A stretch of 64,000 nucleotides of DNA. Source: Gillisia sp. (GTDB taxonomy: Bacteria > Bacteroidota > Bacteroidia > Flavobacteriales > Flavobacteriaceae). Location: the NCBI GenBank assembly GCA_041752645.1, contig JBGSWA010000021.1, positions 62 through 64,061 of the forward strand. Reading direction: 5' to 3'. The position numbers and the translations under genes were made by a program. The notes under the pieces were generated by a model. That model was not told the origin of the DNA. It did not search any database and was given only the letters and a program-made list of their open reading frames with translations. Every line of letters begins with the position of its first letter. The first letter of the stretch is position 1. This document shows positions 48,274 to 58,561 of the stretch, piece after piece.

Positions 48274-49182
48274 CTATCCGTTTATTGCTTCCACGAAATC
48301 TACATAGCCTTTTAGCAAATCACGCATCATGGTTTCAATGCCGCTTTTTAAGGTAGCCGTAGATGAAGGACACCCGCTGCAGGCACCTTGTAAAATTACC
48401 TTTACTGTTTTAGTTTCTGCATTATACGAATCAAAAACAATATTCCCTCCATCACTTTGAACAGCCGGTTTTATATATTCCTCCAGGATGTCTACTACCT
48501 TTTGGGAAATTTCATCTAAAATTATTGGTTCCCCTGCTTGAGCGGAAATTTCAGATTTCTTTTCCGCACTATTTTCAGAGGTGAGCACCACCTTGTCTTG
48601 CTGGAGATAATTCCTGATAAATTCCCGCAAGTCATTGGTTATATCATTCCATTGGGCAATATCATATTTGTTAATGGAGATATAATTTTCATCAATAAAA
48701 ACCTCTTTTACGAAAGGAAAGTTAAATAACTGCCTGGCCAGGGGAGCATTTTCTGTGGTATCTATGCTTTTAAATTCGGCGGCTTTTAAAACCAATTTTT
48801 TATTGGCCACAAATTTCATTACGGTTGGGTTTGGGGTGCTTTCTGCATAAACCGTCACCGGAACCAATTTGGAGGAATCTACGTTTATTTCCTTGAGAAT
48901 ACTTCCGCCCTGGTTGAGGTAGTCTTTTATCTGAGCCGCTACTTCCTCCTGAACATCTGGCCATTCAACAATACTGTACTTTTCGATCGCAATAAAATTT
49001 TGCGCGAGATATACAGTTTTAACGAATGGTAGGTAAAACAATTGTTGGGCCAGGGGCGATTTTGCCGCTTCTTCTATATTTCCAAATTCAAAACTTTCAT
49101 TTCTTGTTAAAAACTGATTGGCTTCAAACTTTACTATATCAGAATTGGTTGTGGGTTGTATGTTGATCGTATATGCATCCAT
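48274..49182 (-). CDS. NifU/Nfu-family Fe-S scaffold with two N-terminal Nfu_N repeats
   Basis: Two repeats (..PLAQQLFYLPFVK.. and ..PLARQLFNFPFVK..) and C-terminal PAVQSDGG...GACSGCPSS. TAATTTTG box at 49199-49206 favours the ATG at 49182. Confidence 0.93.
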   Translation of the reverse strand: MDAYTINIQPTTNSDIVKFEANQFLTRNESFEFGNIEEAAKSPLAQQLFYLPFVKTVYLAQNFIAIEKYSIVEWPDVQEEVAAQIKDYLNQGGSILKEINVDSSKLVPVTVYAESTPNPTVMKFVANKKLVLKAAEFKSIDTTENAPLARQLFNFPFVKEVFIDENYISINKYDIAQWNDITNDLREFIRNYLQQDKVVLTSENSAEKKSEISAQAGEPIILDEISQKVVDILEEYIKPAVQSDGGNIVFDSYNAETKTVKVILQGACSGCPSSTATLKSGIETMMRDLLKGYVDFVEAING

Positions 49183-49335
49183 CTTCAAAATTTTCATGCA
49201 AAATTACTAAAACAAAGTAATGTAATCTATATATTTACAATTGTTATTGGCATATTGAATATAGGCTCGCTTTATAGGCCTCCTTTTTCGGTTTCTATAA
49301 CCGAAATTATGCCGTCTTCAAATTATTGATCACAT

Positions 49336-50334
49336 ATGAAATTAGGCTTAAAAGGAATATTCTTAGTATGTTTATTTTTTATATCTCAAGCAAATTCGCA
49401 AGAGGTGATCCCAATTTACGCCGATTATTTGACCGATAATTTATATTTGTTGCATCCCTCGATGGCGGGAGCTTCAAATTACAATAAGATCAGGCTTACC
49501 GCCAGGCAACAGTGGTTTGATGTAAGCGATGCACCCAGCTTGCAAACCCTTAGTATTCACGGCCGGGTGGGAGAAAAGGTAGGCCTTGGTGGAATTGTTT
49601 TTAACGATAAGAACGGGAATTATTCGAAACAGGGTGTTTATGCCACTTTCGCATATCATTTGTTATTCTCAAGAAGCGAATTGGATCTAAATCAACTCTC
49701 CTTTGGAATAAATGTCGGAGTGGTGCAGCACAGTCTGGACCAGAGCGGATTTACTGGATTTGATCCGGTCATTGGCAGTGGGAATGTTTCTGATAAATAT
49801 GCAAATATGGATGTGGGGATTTCCTATTATTATCTCAATTTTTTTGCGCACCTCACTGCAAAAAATATATTTTTGGTGAAACGTGACGTATTCCATTCCA
49901 ATGGGATTGCCGGGAACCTGAGAAAATATCTTTTTTCAACAGGCTATGTTTTTGGTAAAATAAATAGTCCCTGGAGTTTCGAACCTTCGGTGTTATTTCA
50001 AATGCGGGAGGAAACGGATGAAAAATCCCTAGATGCCAACCTAAAGGCATACAGGAATTTTGAAATCGGGGATCTATGGGGAGGGGTTTCATATAGGCGA
50101 AGTTTTGAAGGGGCCGAATATACTACCGAGGGAGAGGAGGTTAAAAATCAACAATTACAACATTTCACTTCCTTTGTGGGATTTGAGTATAACCAATTTC
50201 TCTTTGCATATACCTATACACATCAAATCAATTCCCTAGTGTTGAGCAATAATGGGTTTCATCAAATTACTCTGGGATATAATTTTGGTAAAAACCGGGA
50301 GAGATATGAATGCAAATGCCCTGCAATCAATTAA
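49336..50334 (+). CDS. T9SS PorP/SprF-family outer membrane protein
   Basis: Signal peptide, YLLHPSMAG, RLTARQQW, APSLQT, C-terminal HQITLGYNF. Confidence 0.9.
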   Translation: MKLGLKGIFLVCLFFISQANSQEVIPIYADYLTDNLYLLHPSMAGASNYNKIRLTARQQWFDVSDAPSLQTLSIHGRVGEKVGLGGIVFNDKNGNYSKQGVYATFAYHLLFSRSELDLNQLSFGINVGVVQHSLDQSGFTGFDPVIGSGNVSDKYANMDVGISYYYLNFFAHLTAKNIFLVKRDVFHSNGIAGNLRKYLFSTGYVFGKINSPWSFEPSVLFQMREETDEKSLDANLKAYRNFEIGDLWGGVSYRRSFEGAEYTTEGEEVKNQQLQHFTSFVGFEYNQFLFAYTYTHQINSLVLSNNGFHQITLGYNFGKNRERYECKCPAIN

Positions 50335-51122
50335 AAATCCATATAAGAAACCTCCGGATTATTCTTTGGCGTCTTTACCAACCTCGCTAAAAAATGAGGG
50401 TCAGCATTGCTGAAAAATTTATGAACTGGTCTTAAATAAGATCTATTGAGCAGGTTTAATTGTTCTAACACCTTTTTTGTTTGCCTTGCCACGGCTTCTC
50501 CTGAATCTATTATCGCAACATCTTCAGGTAATATCTCCTTCAACTTTGGCAATAAATAGGGATAATGGCTGCAGCCCAGGACCAGGTAATCAATTTGTGC
50601 GACCAATAAAGGTTTTAAAAGCCTTCTCAACAAAAAATCCGTCTCAGGGGCTTCCTGCTTTCCTTCTTCTATTAGTTTTACCAATCCCTCCCCATCAACT
50701 TCTATAAGATTTATATTTTTTGAGTATAGTTCAGTGGTTTTTGTGAAAAGTTCGCTGGACAAAGTACCTTTTGTGGCGAGGATCCCGATTGTTTTCGTTT
50801 GTGATTTTAGGGCTGCAGGTTTTATTGCAGGCTCAATCCCAATAATAGGTACATGATAATTTTCCCGAAGGGCTTTAATAGCATTGGTAGTGGCTGTATT
50901 ACAGGCTACCACAATTATTTTACAATCCATCTCCAGCAGTTTTTCAGTATTTTTTTTGCTGAGGGCGATTATTTCATCTATCGATTTTTTGCCATAGGGA
51001 GCGTTTTTGCTGTCGGCAAGGTAAATGCTGTTTTCCTGTGGAAGAAGTTGGACCACTTCACTCCAAATGGAGGTGCCGCCAACTCCCGAATCAAAAAATC
51101 CAATTGGTTGTGAATTGCTCAT
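50331..51122 (-). CDS. murI: Glutamate racemase
   Basis: PIGFFDSGVGG, PYG, VVACNTAT, LGCSHYP, IIDSG. Confidence 0.97.
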   Translation of the reverse strand: MSNSQPIGFFDSGVGGTSIWSEVVQLLPQENSIYLADSKNAPYGKKSIDEIIALSKKNTEKLLEMDCKIIVVACNTATTNAIKALRENYHVPIIGIEPAIKPAALKSQTKTIGILATKGTLSSELFTKTTELYSKNINLIEVDGEGLVKLIEEGKQEAPETDFLLRRLLKPLLVAQIDYLVLGCSHYPYLLPKLKEILPEDVAIIDSGEAVARQTKKVLEQLNLLNRSYLRPVHKFFSNADPHFLARLVKTPKNNPEVSYMDF

Positions 51123-51135
51123 CTGGTACAAAAAT

Positions 51136-51167
51136 AAAAACTGCGCCCTAAAGAGAACGCAGTTTTT
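51136..51167 (-). terminator. Intrinsic terminator after the skp genes
   Basis: aaaaactgcg / cgcagttttt 10-bp stem with 12-nt loop; T-runs on both strands. Confidence 0.7.
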
Positions 51168-51188
51168 TAATCTTTATTAATAGGAATA

Positions 51189-51698
51189 TTAAATTCCCAA
51201 TTCTTTTTTGACATCAGCCATCAAATTGAAGCCATCTGCCATGATAACTCCTGAACCTATTGTAGAGTCCAAAACGTAATCATAACCTTTTGCTCTTGCT
51301 ACTTTTTGAATTGCAACACGTGCTTTTTCATAAACTGGCTTTAGCAAATCAAGTTCTTTCTTTTGAAGATCCTGTTGTGCATTTTGTCCGTGTTCCTGAA
51401 TTCTTCTTTGTGTGCTTTGTAATTCCTGAGCTCTTTTAGCGTTTTCCTCTTCAGTTTTGGTAGGAGCTTCTGCTTCGTAACGTTGCATTGTTTTTTGAGC
51501 CTCAGTCATCATATCCCTAATCTCGGTATCGTATGTTTTTGTAAGTTTCTCCAATTGTGCCTGTGCCTCCTTAAAAGCTGGCATAGACTCCACAAGTTCC
51601 TGTGAGGCGACGTGGGCGATTTTGGATTGTGCATTTGTAAAAGCTGTTGCTCCTAGGGTTAAAGCTAACGCTATAAAAAAAGTTCTGAATTGTTTCAT
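51189..51698 (-). CDS. skp: OmpH/Skp periplasmic chaperone
   Basis: Signal peptide, QSKIAHV..QELVESMP, coiled coil, VARAKGYDYVLD; downstream of bamA. Confidence 0.92.
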   Translation of the reverse strand: MKQFRTFFIALALTLGATAFTNAQSKIAHVASQELVESMPAFKEAQAQLEKLTKTYDTEIRDMMTEAQKTMQRYEAEAPTKTEEENAKRAQELQSTQRRIQEHGQNAQQDLQKKELDLLKPVYEKARVAIQKVARAKGYDYVLDSTIGSGVIMADGFNLMADVKKELGI

Positions 51699-51739
51699 TG
51701 TATTAGTATTTATAGTTAAATTGTTAAAAGTTCTCATAG

Positions 51740-52564
51740 TTAATTATAATTATCGGTTTTATTTTCTGTGGTCTTAAGTTTTCTGATATTTTCAATCGAA
51801 TCTGTTTTTCTGTTCCTCTCCTCTAAAACTTTAGCCCTGCGTGCATCAAATTCAGCTTGCTTGGCTGCTCTAACAGCTTCCCGTTGTTTTTTTCGATCCT
51901 CAATAAAAGCTTCCCGTTCTTTTTTGGTGGCCTCTATTTCTTTTTGCTTCTCAGATATATCGACATCTTCTTGAACACTTCTGTTTTCTTCTGCTTCCAT
52001 CTGGAAAATTTCATCCTTCGAATCCAGTTGCTCCCTTTTCGAAGCTCTGTTGATGCTTCTTAATACCTGGTCGCTAATGTTATGTTTTTCTGCGGAAAAA
52101 ACCATTCCTACATTAGAGGTTCTGTCAAAAATAAAATCGTAATTCCTTTGAACCCCTATATCCTGGATCGCATTAAAAACCTGATCCTGAATAGGCTGAA
52201 TTAATTGTTTCTTTTGAATTATAAAGTCACCGTTAGTTCCAAATCTCTTTTGTTGATATTCGGCAATTTTGGATTCTTCAAAAGCGATGATAGCTTGCTT
52301 TTCCTCAATCAATTCCTTAGTTAACAATGGCCGTTCCTGTTCTAAGCCAATTCTCAACGCTTTTACTTTATTCAGGTCACTTTCAAGTTCTGCTTTCCAT
52401 TGCTGAACACGCTCCTCCAGTTGAGCCGAAGCTTCCTGATATTCCGGAACATTTGCCAGGATATATTCCATATCAATATATGAAATTCTATTGGGTTTTT
52501 GTGCCTGAAGGTTTGATCCAGAAATTGCCAATAAAGCTAACAGGAAAATAAACTGCCTTTTCAT
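51740..52564 (-). CDS. OmpH/Skp-family protein with long charged C-terminal extension
   Basis: RISYIDMEYIL, PEYQEA, RNYDFIFDR, then K/E/R-rich tail. Confidence 0.9.
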   Translation of the reverse strand: MKRQFIFLLALLAISGSNLQAQKPNRISYIDMEYILANVPEYQEASAQLEERVQQWKAELESDLNKVKALRIGLEQERPLLTKELIEEKQAIIAFEESKIAEYQQKRFGTNGDFIIQKKQLIQPIQDQVFNAIQDIGVQRNYDFIFDRTSNVGMVFSAEKHNISDQVLRSINRASKREQLDSKDEIFQMEAEENRSVQEDVDISEKQKEIEATKKEREAFIEDRKKQREAVRAAKQAEFDARRAKVLEERNRKTDSIENIRKLKTTENKTDNYN

Positions 52565-52578
52565 ATGAATGCTATTAG

Positions 52579-52598
52579 AAAATATCGTGCCAAAACTA
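52579..52598 (-). promoter_or_regulatory. Promoter candidate for the skp genes (TAGTTTTGGCACGATATTTT)
   Basis: TAnnTTTG running into TGGCACG; 17-nt core identical to 2243-2259. Confidence 0.45.
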
Positions 52599-55268
52599 GA
52601 ATTGCTGTCCTATTATAAAATGGGTTTCCCATCCATTTGGTCCGGTTTGTCCCGGAATGGGATCAAAACCATATCCAAAGTCTATTCCCAGCAAACCAAA
52701 TTGCGGCATGAATATGCGCAATCCTGCACCTGCAGAACGGTTTAATTGAAACGGATTAAAATCTTTAAAGTTGTCATAAGATGCACCGGCTTCTAGGAAT
52801 GTCAGAGCATATATAGATGCCATTGGCTTTAATGTTATGGGAAATCTTAATTCCAGGGAGTATTTATTGTAGATCACCGCACCATCATCATTATTGGCCT
52901 GGCTCAGGCTGGTTCTGTCCAAGGGAACCAAGGACTGGTTGGGATAACCTCGCAAAGCGACTGTTTCCCTTCCGTCGAGACTAAAAGATCCTAAACCATC
53001 TCCTCCCAGGTAAAATCGTTCAAATGGGGGAATTCCCCTATCGTTATTGTAAGCTCCCAGAAAACCATATTCAGCATGTGTTTTCATCACCAAATTGCTG
53101 TTTCCGCCAAAATTAAAAAGGGTAGTATACCAGTCGCCTTTAAATTTCACCTTGTAAAATTCCAACCATTTGAATTTTTCCTGGTCAATTTTGGATTGAT
53201 CGCCCACGGGCTCTTCCCCCGGACGTAAACGTGTGCCATCCAGTTTTATCAGGTTTCCATTCTCGTCTTTCAATTGGAATTCGTTTTGTGATTCAAGATT
53301 GGCATAATCTACCCCATTCCATAAGGAATAAGGAGGAGTGAATTTTGCGCTTACACTGAAATCTGAACCTCGAATGGGAAATATCGGGTTAATTGCTAAA
53401 CTCTGACGGCTTAAACCGATGGTGTAGGTAAGGTTGTTTGAGTATCCGTTTCCAAAGGTAAAAAGGCCGGTGTTGTAATTGTTTAAATCGTAACGCTGTA
53501 TTCCAACCGATTGTGAGAGGGTAAAGAAATCATCAGGCCATTGCAGGCGTTTGGCTAGACCTACATTGATACCCAAAATATCAAAGCTTCGGGATTTATC
53601 GGCCTTTCTGGTGTTGTAATCATAAAGAAATTGCCTGGTATATGAAAATGAAGTAGATAAACTAACCGGTCTTTTTCCGCCTAACCATGGTTCGACGAAT
53701 GATAAACTATAAGTTTGATAAAAGATGCTGGCCTGTGCCCTCAGAGAAAGTGTTTGTCCATCTCCCATAGGTAAAGGTTTGTAGGCTTCCTTATCAAAAA
53801 TCCCTGCGATGGAGAAATTGTTAAACGAAAGTCCCAGAGTCCCGATAAATCCGCCGCCGCCATAACCTCCCTGCAGTTCTATCTGGCTGGCTCCAGCTTC
53901 AACAACCGCGTATTCCATATCCAGGGTTCCGCTGTTGGGATCTACATTTTTAAAATTCGGGCTGATTTGTTCAGCGTCAAAAAAGCCTAACTGGCCCAAT
54001 TCCCGAAGTGTTCTTACAACGTTCTCCTGAGAGTATTTCTGTCCCGGTTGTGTTCTGAGTTCCCTGTAAATTACGTGATCCTTGGTTTTGTCATTCCCAA
54101 CAACACTAATTTTGTTGAAATAAGCTTCTTTTCCTTCAATTATCCTGATTTCAAAATCGATGGTGTCATTGTAAATCCTTGTTTCAACCGGATTGATCTG
54201 GGAGAAAAGATACCCGTTGTTTTTATAAAGGTTCGAAAGATCCTGTGCATCAGGTTTTGAGCCATCTGCAATCCGTTTTTCAAGCAATACTCCGTTGTAA
54301 ACATCACCTTTGTTTATGCCCAGCATTCTGGTCAATTGATCATCGGTGTAAACGGTATTTCCAATAAAATCAATATTCCCGATAAAATGTTTTTTTCCTT
54401 CCTCGATTTTCAGGTTCAAAGCAATGGTTTCAGGGCTGGTGCGTAAAAGGGTGTCCGTGACATTTCGGGCGTCCCTAAAGCCTTTCTCCTTATATTTATT
54501 GATTAGCTTCACTTTATCAGCTTCATAATCTTCCTCGACAAATTTTGAGCGTTTCCAAAGCCTAAAGAAATTCTTTTCTTTGGTGTTGCCCATGGTACTT
54601 TTAAGTTTGGCGTCGCTAAACTGTTCATTTCCCTCAAATCCAATTGCATCGATTTTGACCTTTTCGCCACGATCTATATTGACCACCATATGTACCTTAT
54701 TGGTACCGATGGTATCCTCGACAGTAGTAGTATTTATAACCACCTTGGTATTTAAATACCCATCTTTGCTGTATTTATTTTCGATGTAATTTTTTGAGGT
54801 AGTTATCAGGTTTTCAGTAACTTTTACCCCAGGGGTTAAATTATTATCCTTGATAAGCTCTTCTTTTGCGGTTTTCTTTTTAATCCCCTGGATTCTTACC
54901 TCGGCAAGTTCAGGGACTTCCTGGATTTCCAGTTCCAGATTGGCAACATCTCCCTCAATACTTGTAATATAAAAGTTGATATCGCTAAATAGGCCTAAAT
55001 CCCATAATTTTTTCAGAACCTTGCTTATGCGGTCTCCGGGAATGAATATTTCCTCTCCCTTTTTTAACCCGGTATAGGCAATTACAGTTTGTTCGTTATA
55101 GCTAACCGTACCTGTTACCTGAATTTCTCCAACTGTATATTTTTTTCCTTCTCCTATGGGTAGGTCTTGTGCCTGAAATGACAGGGTATACAAGAAACAA
55201 CATGCTAAAATTGCCAACCACTTTTTTGACCTATCTGCACTAACTAATCTGCTCACTGGTTTTTCCAA
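52596..55268 (-). CDS. bamA: Outer membrane protein assembly factor BamA
   Basis: POTRA repeats, QIELQGGYG, ERFYLGGDG, LRGY, C-terminal WETHFIIGQQF. The TTG at 55268 (overlapping the uppS end) is preferred over the track start at 55343. Confidence 0.96.
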   Translation of the reverse strand: MEKPVSRLVSADRSKKWLAILACCFLYTLSFQAQDLPIGEGKKYTVGEIQVTGTVSYNEQTVIAYTGLKKGEEIFIPGDRISKVLKKLWDLGLFSDINFYITSIEGDVANLELEIQEVPELAEVRIQGIKKKTAKEELIKDNNLTPGVKVTENLITTSKNYIENKYSKDGYLNTKVVINTTTVEDTIGTNKVHMVVNIDRGEKVKIDAIGFEGNEQFSDAKLKSTMGNTKEKNFFRLWKRSKFVEEDYEADKVKLINKYKEKGFRDARNVTDTLLRTSPETIALNLKIEEGKKHFIGNIDFIGNTVYTDDQLTRMLGINKGDVYNGVLLEKRIADGSKPDAQDLSNLYKNNGYLFSQINPVETRIYNDTIDFEIRIIEGKEAYFNKISVVGNDKTKDHVIYRELRTQPGQKYSQENVVRTLRELGQLGFFDAEQISPNFKNVDPNSGTLDMEYAVVEAGASQIELQGGYGGGGFIGTLGLSFNNFSIAGIFDKEAYKPLPMGDGQTLSLRAQASIFYQTYSLSFVEPWLGGKRPVSLSTSFSYTRQFLYDYNTRKADKSRSFDILGINVGLAKRLQWPDDFFTLSQSVGIQRYDLNNYNTGLFTFGNGYSNNLTYTIGLSRQSLAINPIFPIRGSDFSVSAKFTPPYSLWNGVDYANLESQNEFQLKDENGNLIKLDGTRLRPGEEPVGDQSKIDQEKFKWLEFYKVKFKGDWYTTLFNFGGNSNLVMKTHAEYGFLGAYNNDRGIPPFERFYLGGDGLGSFSLDGRETVALRGYPNQSLVPLDRTSLSQANNDDGAVIYNKYSLELRFPITLKPMASIYALTFLEAGASYDNFKDFNPFQLNRSAGAGLRIFMPQFGLLGIDFGYGFDPIPGQTGPNGWETHFIIGQQF

Positions 55269-55977
55269 ATCTTCGTTCTCTGGTTTGATAATTAAAAATG
55301 GCCTCGAATAAATTTTCCCTTCGGAAATCGGGCCATAAAACATTTGTAAAATATAATTCGGCGTAGGCTATTTGCCACAGCAAAAAGTTGCTTATCCTCT
55401 GTTCTCCACTGGTTCGGATAAGCAAATCTACGTCTGGTAAATTTCGGGTGTAAAGATGCTGATTTATAATTGATTCATCAATAGCTTCAAGGGATATTTC
55501 GTCATTTTTTACTTTCTGGCTGATATCCTTTACTACATGTATCAATTCTTCCCTTGATCCGTAGCTCAATGCCAGGGTGAGGGTCATTCTTTTATTTTTT
55601 TTGGTCTTTTCTATAACTTCCCGGAGTTCCTTCTGGGCCTTTTTGGGTAAATTATCGAGGTTTCCAATGGCATTGAGTCTAATATCGTTTTTGCTGAGGG
55701 TTTTGATTTCCTTTCTGAGGGAGCTTACCAGTAATCGCATCAGGATATCTACTTCCAACTTAGGTCTGTTCCAGTTTTCTGTAGAAAAGGCGTATAATGT
55801 CAAATTTTCAACCCCAATTTCGGCGCAGCCTTCTACCACGTCGCGAACTGCTTTGGTGCCCTCCTCATGACCAATTGCCCGAAGGAGGCCTTTTTTCTTG
55901 GCCCAACGGCCATTCCCATCCATTATTATGGAAATATGTTTCGGAAGATTTTTAAGTTTGATTTTTTCTTTAAACAT
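55240..55977 (-). CDS. uppS: Isoprenyl transferase (undecaprenyl diphosphate synthase)
   Basis: PKHISIIMDGNGRWA, LYAFSTENWNRP, LIRTSGEQRISNFLLWQ, RERRFG. Confidence 0.97.
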   Translation of the reverse strand: MFKEKIKLKNLPKHISIIMDGNGRWAKKKGLLRAIGHEEGTKAVRDVVEGCAEIGVENLTLYAFSTENWNRPKLEVDILMRLLVSSLRKEIKTLSKNDIRLNAIGNLDNLPKKAQKELREVIEKTKKNKRMTLTLALSYGSREELIHVVKDISQKVKNDEISLEAIDESIINQHLYTRNLPDVDLLIRTSGEQRISNFLLWQIAYAELYFTNVLWPDFRRENLFEAIFNYQTRERRFGKTSEQIS

Positions 55978-55978
55978 T

Positions 55979-56686
55979 TTATCTAAAGCTGTAACAGGGT
56001 TTTTTTCCAAAAGTAAACGTAAGGATTACACCTGAAAATACGTACCAATCTTTGGTATTTGTATTTCCAAATTCCCTTGGGGGATTTCTTCTTCCCAATA
56101 ACTCTTCGGGATTGCTCCCGTCTATGTTGTCTGTAAAGGTATATCTTGCTCCTATCTCAAAAGCGGCAATAATTTTTTGGGAAATAGTTTGTTTGTATCC
56201 AAGTACCATCGGAATAGCAAATTCCCAATTGTCGCTTTGTGACTCCAGAATGCCTCTGGCTGGCAAATCGGCGCTTAAATAGTGGTGCTTGGAATTAAAA
56301 TAAGTTATTCCGGTATAAAGATACGGAGTCCTCTGCTCATTAGGCTTACTTAAATCAAATTCAAAATAATTAAATTCAATTCCCAGGGAGGCTTCCCCAA
56401 TATGGTTAGAAAATGTATAAGCCCGTTGTTGCCTTCTCACTTCGCTGGATTTCGAGTCATCTGCAGAGATATCAGCATATAAAAGCGAAAAGCGAATGCT
56501 GTGACGGTCACTGCGATTCCATTTCACAATTCCTCCTGTCACCAAAGTTTTTGGATTAATCCATGCGGTACTACCAACATCACCAATATAATTCGCGCCT
56601 CCGATAAACGGTCCAACTTCGAAAGTTTGGGCTGAAGCAGAATTAAAGCATGCTAACAGAAAAATTAGTAATAAAAGATGCTTCAT
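55979..56686 (-). CDS. porG: T9SS PorG-like (DUF6089) beta-barrel protein
   Basis: Signal peptide, EVGPFIGGANYIGDVG, RYTFTDNIDG, DWYVFSG; nadK-porG-uppS-bamA synteny. Confidence 0.8.
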   Translation of the reverse strand: MKHLLLLIFLLACFNSASAQTFEVGPFIGGANYIGDVGSTAWINPKTLVTGGIVKWNRSDRHSIRFSLLYADISADDSKSSEVRRQQRAYTFSNHIGEASLGIEFNYFEFDLSKPNEQRTPYLYTGITYFNSKHHYLSADLPARGILESQSDNWEFAIPMVLGYKQTISQKIIAAFEIGARYTFTDNIDGSNPEELLGRRNPPREFGNTNTKDWYVFSGVILTFTFGKKPCYSFR

Positions 56687-56703
56687 AGGTTTCTGAAAGT
56701 TTG

Positions 56704-56711
56704 CAAATATA
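56704..56711 (-). promoter_or_regulatory. sigma70 -7 box (TATATTTG) of porG-uppS-bamA
   Basis: CAAATATA on the plus strand, 17 nt upstream of the ATG. Confidence 0.55.
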
Positions 56712-56786
56712 ACAATAATGTTCGCCCTAACACGATAAGAGCAAATTTGTGTTTGCTTATAAACAAATTTCGGCTGGTTTTATTGT

Positions 56787-57671
56787 TTAATTCCTTCGAT
56801 CCTCACCCCATAATAATTTTTTCCGAAGGGTTTGAAGAAAACTATCCAGTTGGAGTTCTACCATGCTTATTTTAAAAGGAGCAATGGTAATGGTTATTTC
56901 GGTCGCATTGCTCAAGGTGGCAATACGTGCGTCCAGGGAAGCTAGATAGAAGTTTTCACGACCGGAAATCCTCAAGGTAATTTTTGTGTCGTCCCTTATA
57001 ACCAGTGGTCTTGCATTGAGATTATGCGGGGCAATGGGGGTAATTACCAAGGCATTTGTTTGGGGTACAATCACCGGTCCTCCACAACTCAGTGAATATC
57101 CTGTTGAACCCGTTGGCGTTGCAACTATAAGTCCGTCAGCCCAATAAGAAGTAAGGTATTGATCGTCCAGCCATGTTTCAATGGTAATCATGGAGGTCGT
57201 GTTTTTTCGGTTTACGGCAATTTCATTAAGGGCAAAATTGCTTTCGCCAATTTCATCACTTTTTGGGGCTGTTTCAATACAAAGTACCGATCTTTCTGAA
57301 AGGGAATATTTTTTCTGAAGAATGCTGGAGATGGTTTGCTTGATCTCTTCTTTTTGAATTGTGGCCAAAAACCCGAGCCGGCCTGTATTAATCCCCAAAA
57401 TAGGGATATTCAGATCCCGGATAAAATTTATCGATTTTAAAATAGTACCATCTCCTCCAATACTAAAGAACAAATCATAGGAAGCATCCAATTCTTTAAA
57501 AGTGCTGAAATGGTTGTATTCCTTTAATACTGTTTTGTTGAGATGAATAAGGTTCAGAAAGTTTTTTTCTATCACAACCTCAATATTTTCCTGATCAAGA
57601 GCGAGGAGCAGTTCTTCAATATATTTTCCGGAATCTGTATGATAAAATTGACCGTAGATGCCTACTTTCAT
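56787..57671 (-). CDS. nadK: NAD kinase
   Basis: SIGGDGTIL, GINTGRLGFL, ALNE, ADGLIVATPTGSTGYSLSCGGP. Confidence 0.97.
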   Translation of the reverse strand: MKVGIYGQFYHTDSGKYIEELLLALDQENIEVVIEKNFLNLIHLNKTVLKEYNHFSTFKELDASYDLFFSIGGDGTILKSINFIRDLNIPILGINTGRLGFLATIQKEEIKQTISSILQKKYSLSERSVLCIETAPKSDEIGESNFALNEIAVNRKNTTSMITIETWLDDQYLTSYWADGLIVATPTGSTGYSLSCGGPVIVPQTNALVITPIAPHNLNARPLVIRDDTKITLRISGRENFYLASLDARIATLSNATEITITIAPFKISMVELQLDSFLQTLRKKLLWGEDRRN

Positions 57672-57814
57672 GTGGTTTTATTATTGTTTTAACGGACATA
57701 TGTAACATCCATAAAGTCATTTTTCTGTGTGAGAAATTTTATTCTCATCGATGTTTCATATCGTTTTTATTGATCTCCTGCTTTTTATGGGGACAGGGTC
57801 GCAACCGGCCAGTT

Positions 57815-58471
57815 TTAAATGTTAAGGTATTTGTCAAGATATTCAGATCTGTCTTTTAATTTTTTGTTGAAATTATCTTCCTGATGTTCAGAAATAATTG
57901 TGTAACCATATCTTCTATAGGTCTGCAGAATTTCATTTAGGCTTGAAGTGCTGAGTTTAATTGTGATTTGAGCAAGATCATTGGCCCTTGAGGATATAAA
58001 CATTCCCAGGATACCTGCATTATGGGATTCGCCTATTTGGCTAATCTCACTAAATGAATAATCCCTGTAACCTTTTTCTAAAACGATAATCCCCCCGGGT
58101 TCATTTAAGAAGGGGGTAGCGTAAAACAAGGTGAGTATGGAGGTTAATGTTATATAACCTAAATATTTATTTTCAGAATTTAAAATAGGTAAAATATTGG
58201 TTTGGTTTTGGGCAAAAATATCCAATGTGTCCAGCCAGTAATTGTCCTCACGGGCAAAAAAACCTTCAAGTACATATTGATAATCCGCAATGGTTTTGTT
58301 TTCGTCAAAACTCCCAACATCATTTTTCGAAATACAACCTAAATAAACCCCGTTGTTTTCCACCGGTAAGTGCGAATAGGTCTGATCGTTGAATGTCCTT
58401 CTCAGATCACCAATCTTATCGCTTAGCTGACAAATCCCGATATCATTTGCTATGTAATTTTCAATACTCAT
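57815..58471 (-). CDS. CBS domain-containing protein with C-terminal ACT-like domain
   Basis: SHLPV...GVYLGCI and ILPILN...YLGYIT CBS pair; EILQTYRRYGY...SEYLDKYLNI tail. Confidence 0.85.
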   Translation of the reverse strand: MSIENYIANDIGICQLSDKIGDLRRTFNDQTYSHLPVENNGVYLGCISKNDVGSFDENKTIADYQYVLEGFFAREDNYWLDTLDIFAQNQTNILPILNSENKYLGYITLTSILTLFYATPFLNEPGGIIVLEKGYRDYSFSEISQIGESHNAGILGMFISSRANDLAQITIKLSTSSLNEILQTYRRYGYTIISEHQEDNFNKKLKDRSEYLDKYLNI

Positions 58472-58534
58472 GATGCAGCTTCATTTTTACGCAAATTAAT
58501 TAAAATAAAATTCAATAAGGCATACTCGTCTTTG

Positions 58535-58542
58535 TATTTTTG
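58535..58542 (+). promoter_or_regulatory. sigma70 -7 box (TATTTTTG) of pdxJ
   Basis: TAnnTTTG, 19 nt before the ATG. Confidence 0.55.
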
Positions 58543-58561
58543 TTAATTCAAAGCTAATAAC

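Noticed and set aside
48274-49182. Internal duplication in NifU
   Set aside because: Real, but tandem Nfu_N domains are the usual Bacteroidota architecture; not novel.
56735-56770. Overlapping alternative hairpins between nadK and porG as a riboswitch or attenuator
   Set aside because: Short AT-rich stems with no recognisable aptamer; porG has its own promoter box downstream.
57790-57830. Third ECF-like promoter upstream of nadK (TTAAC...GCGAC, minus strand)
   Set aside because: Spacing is 3 nt longer than in the two matching sites and the -35 is degenerate.
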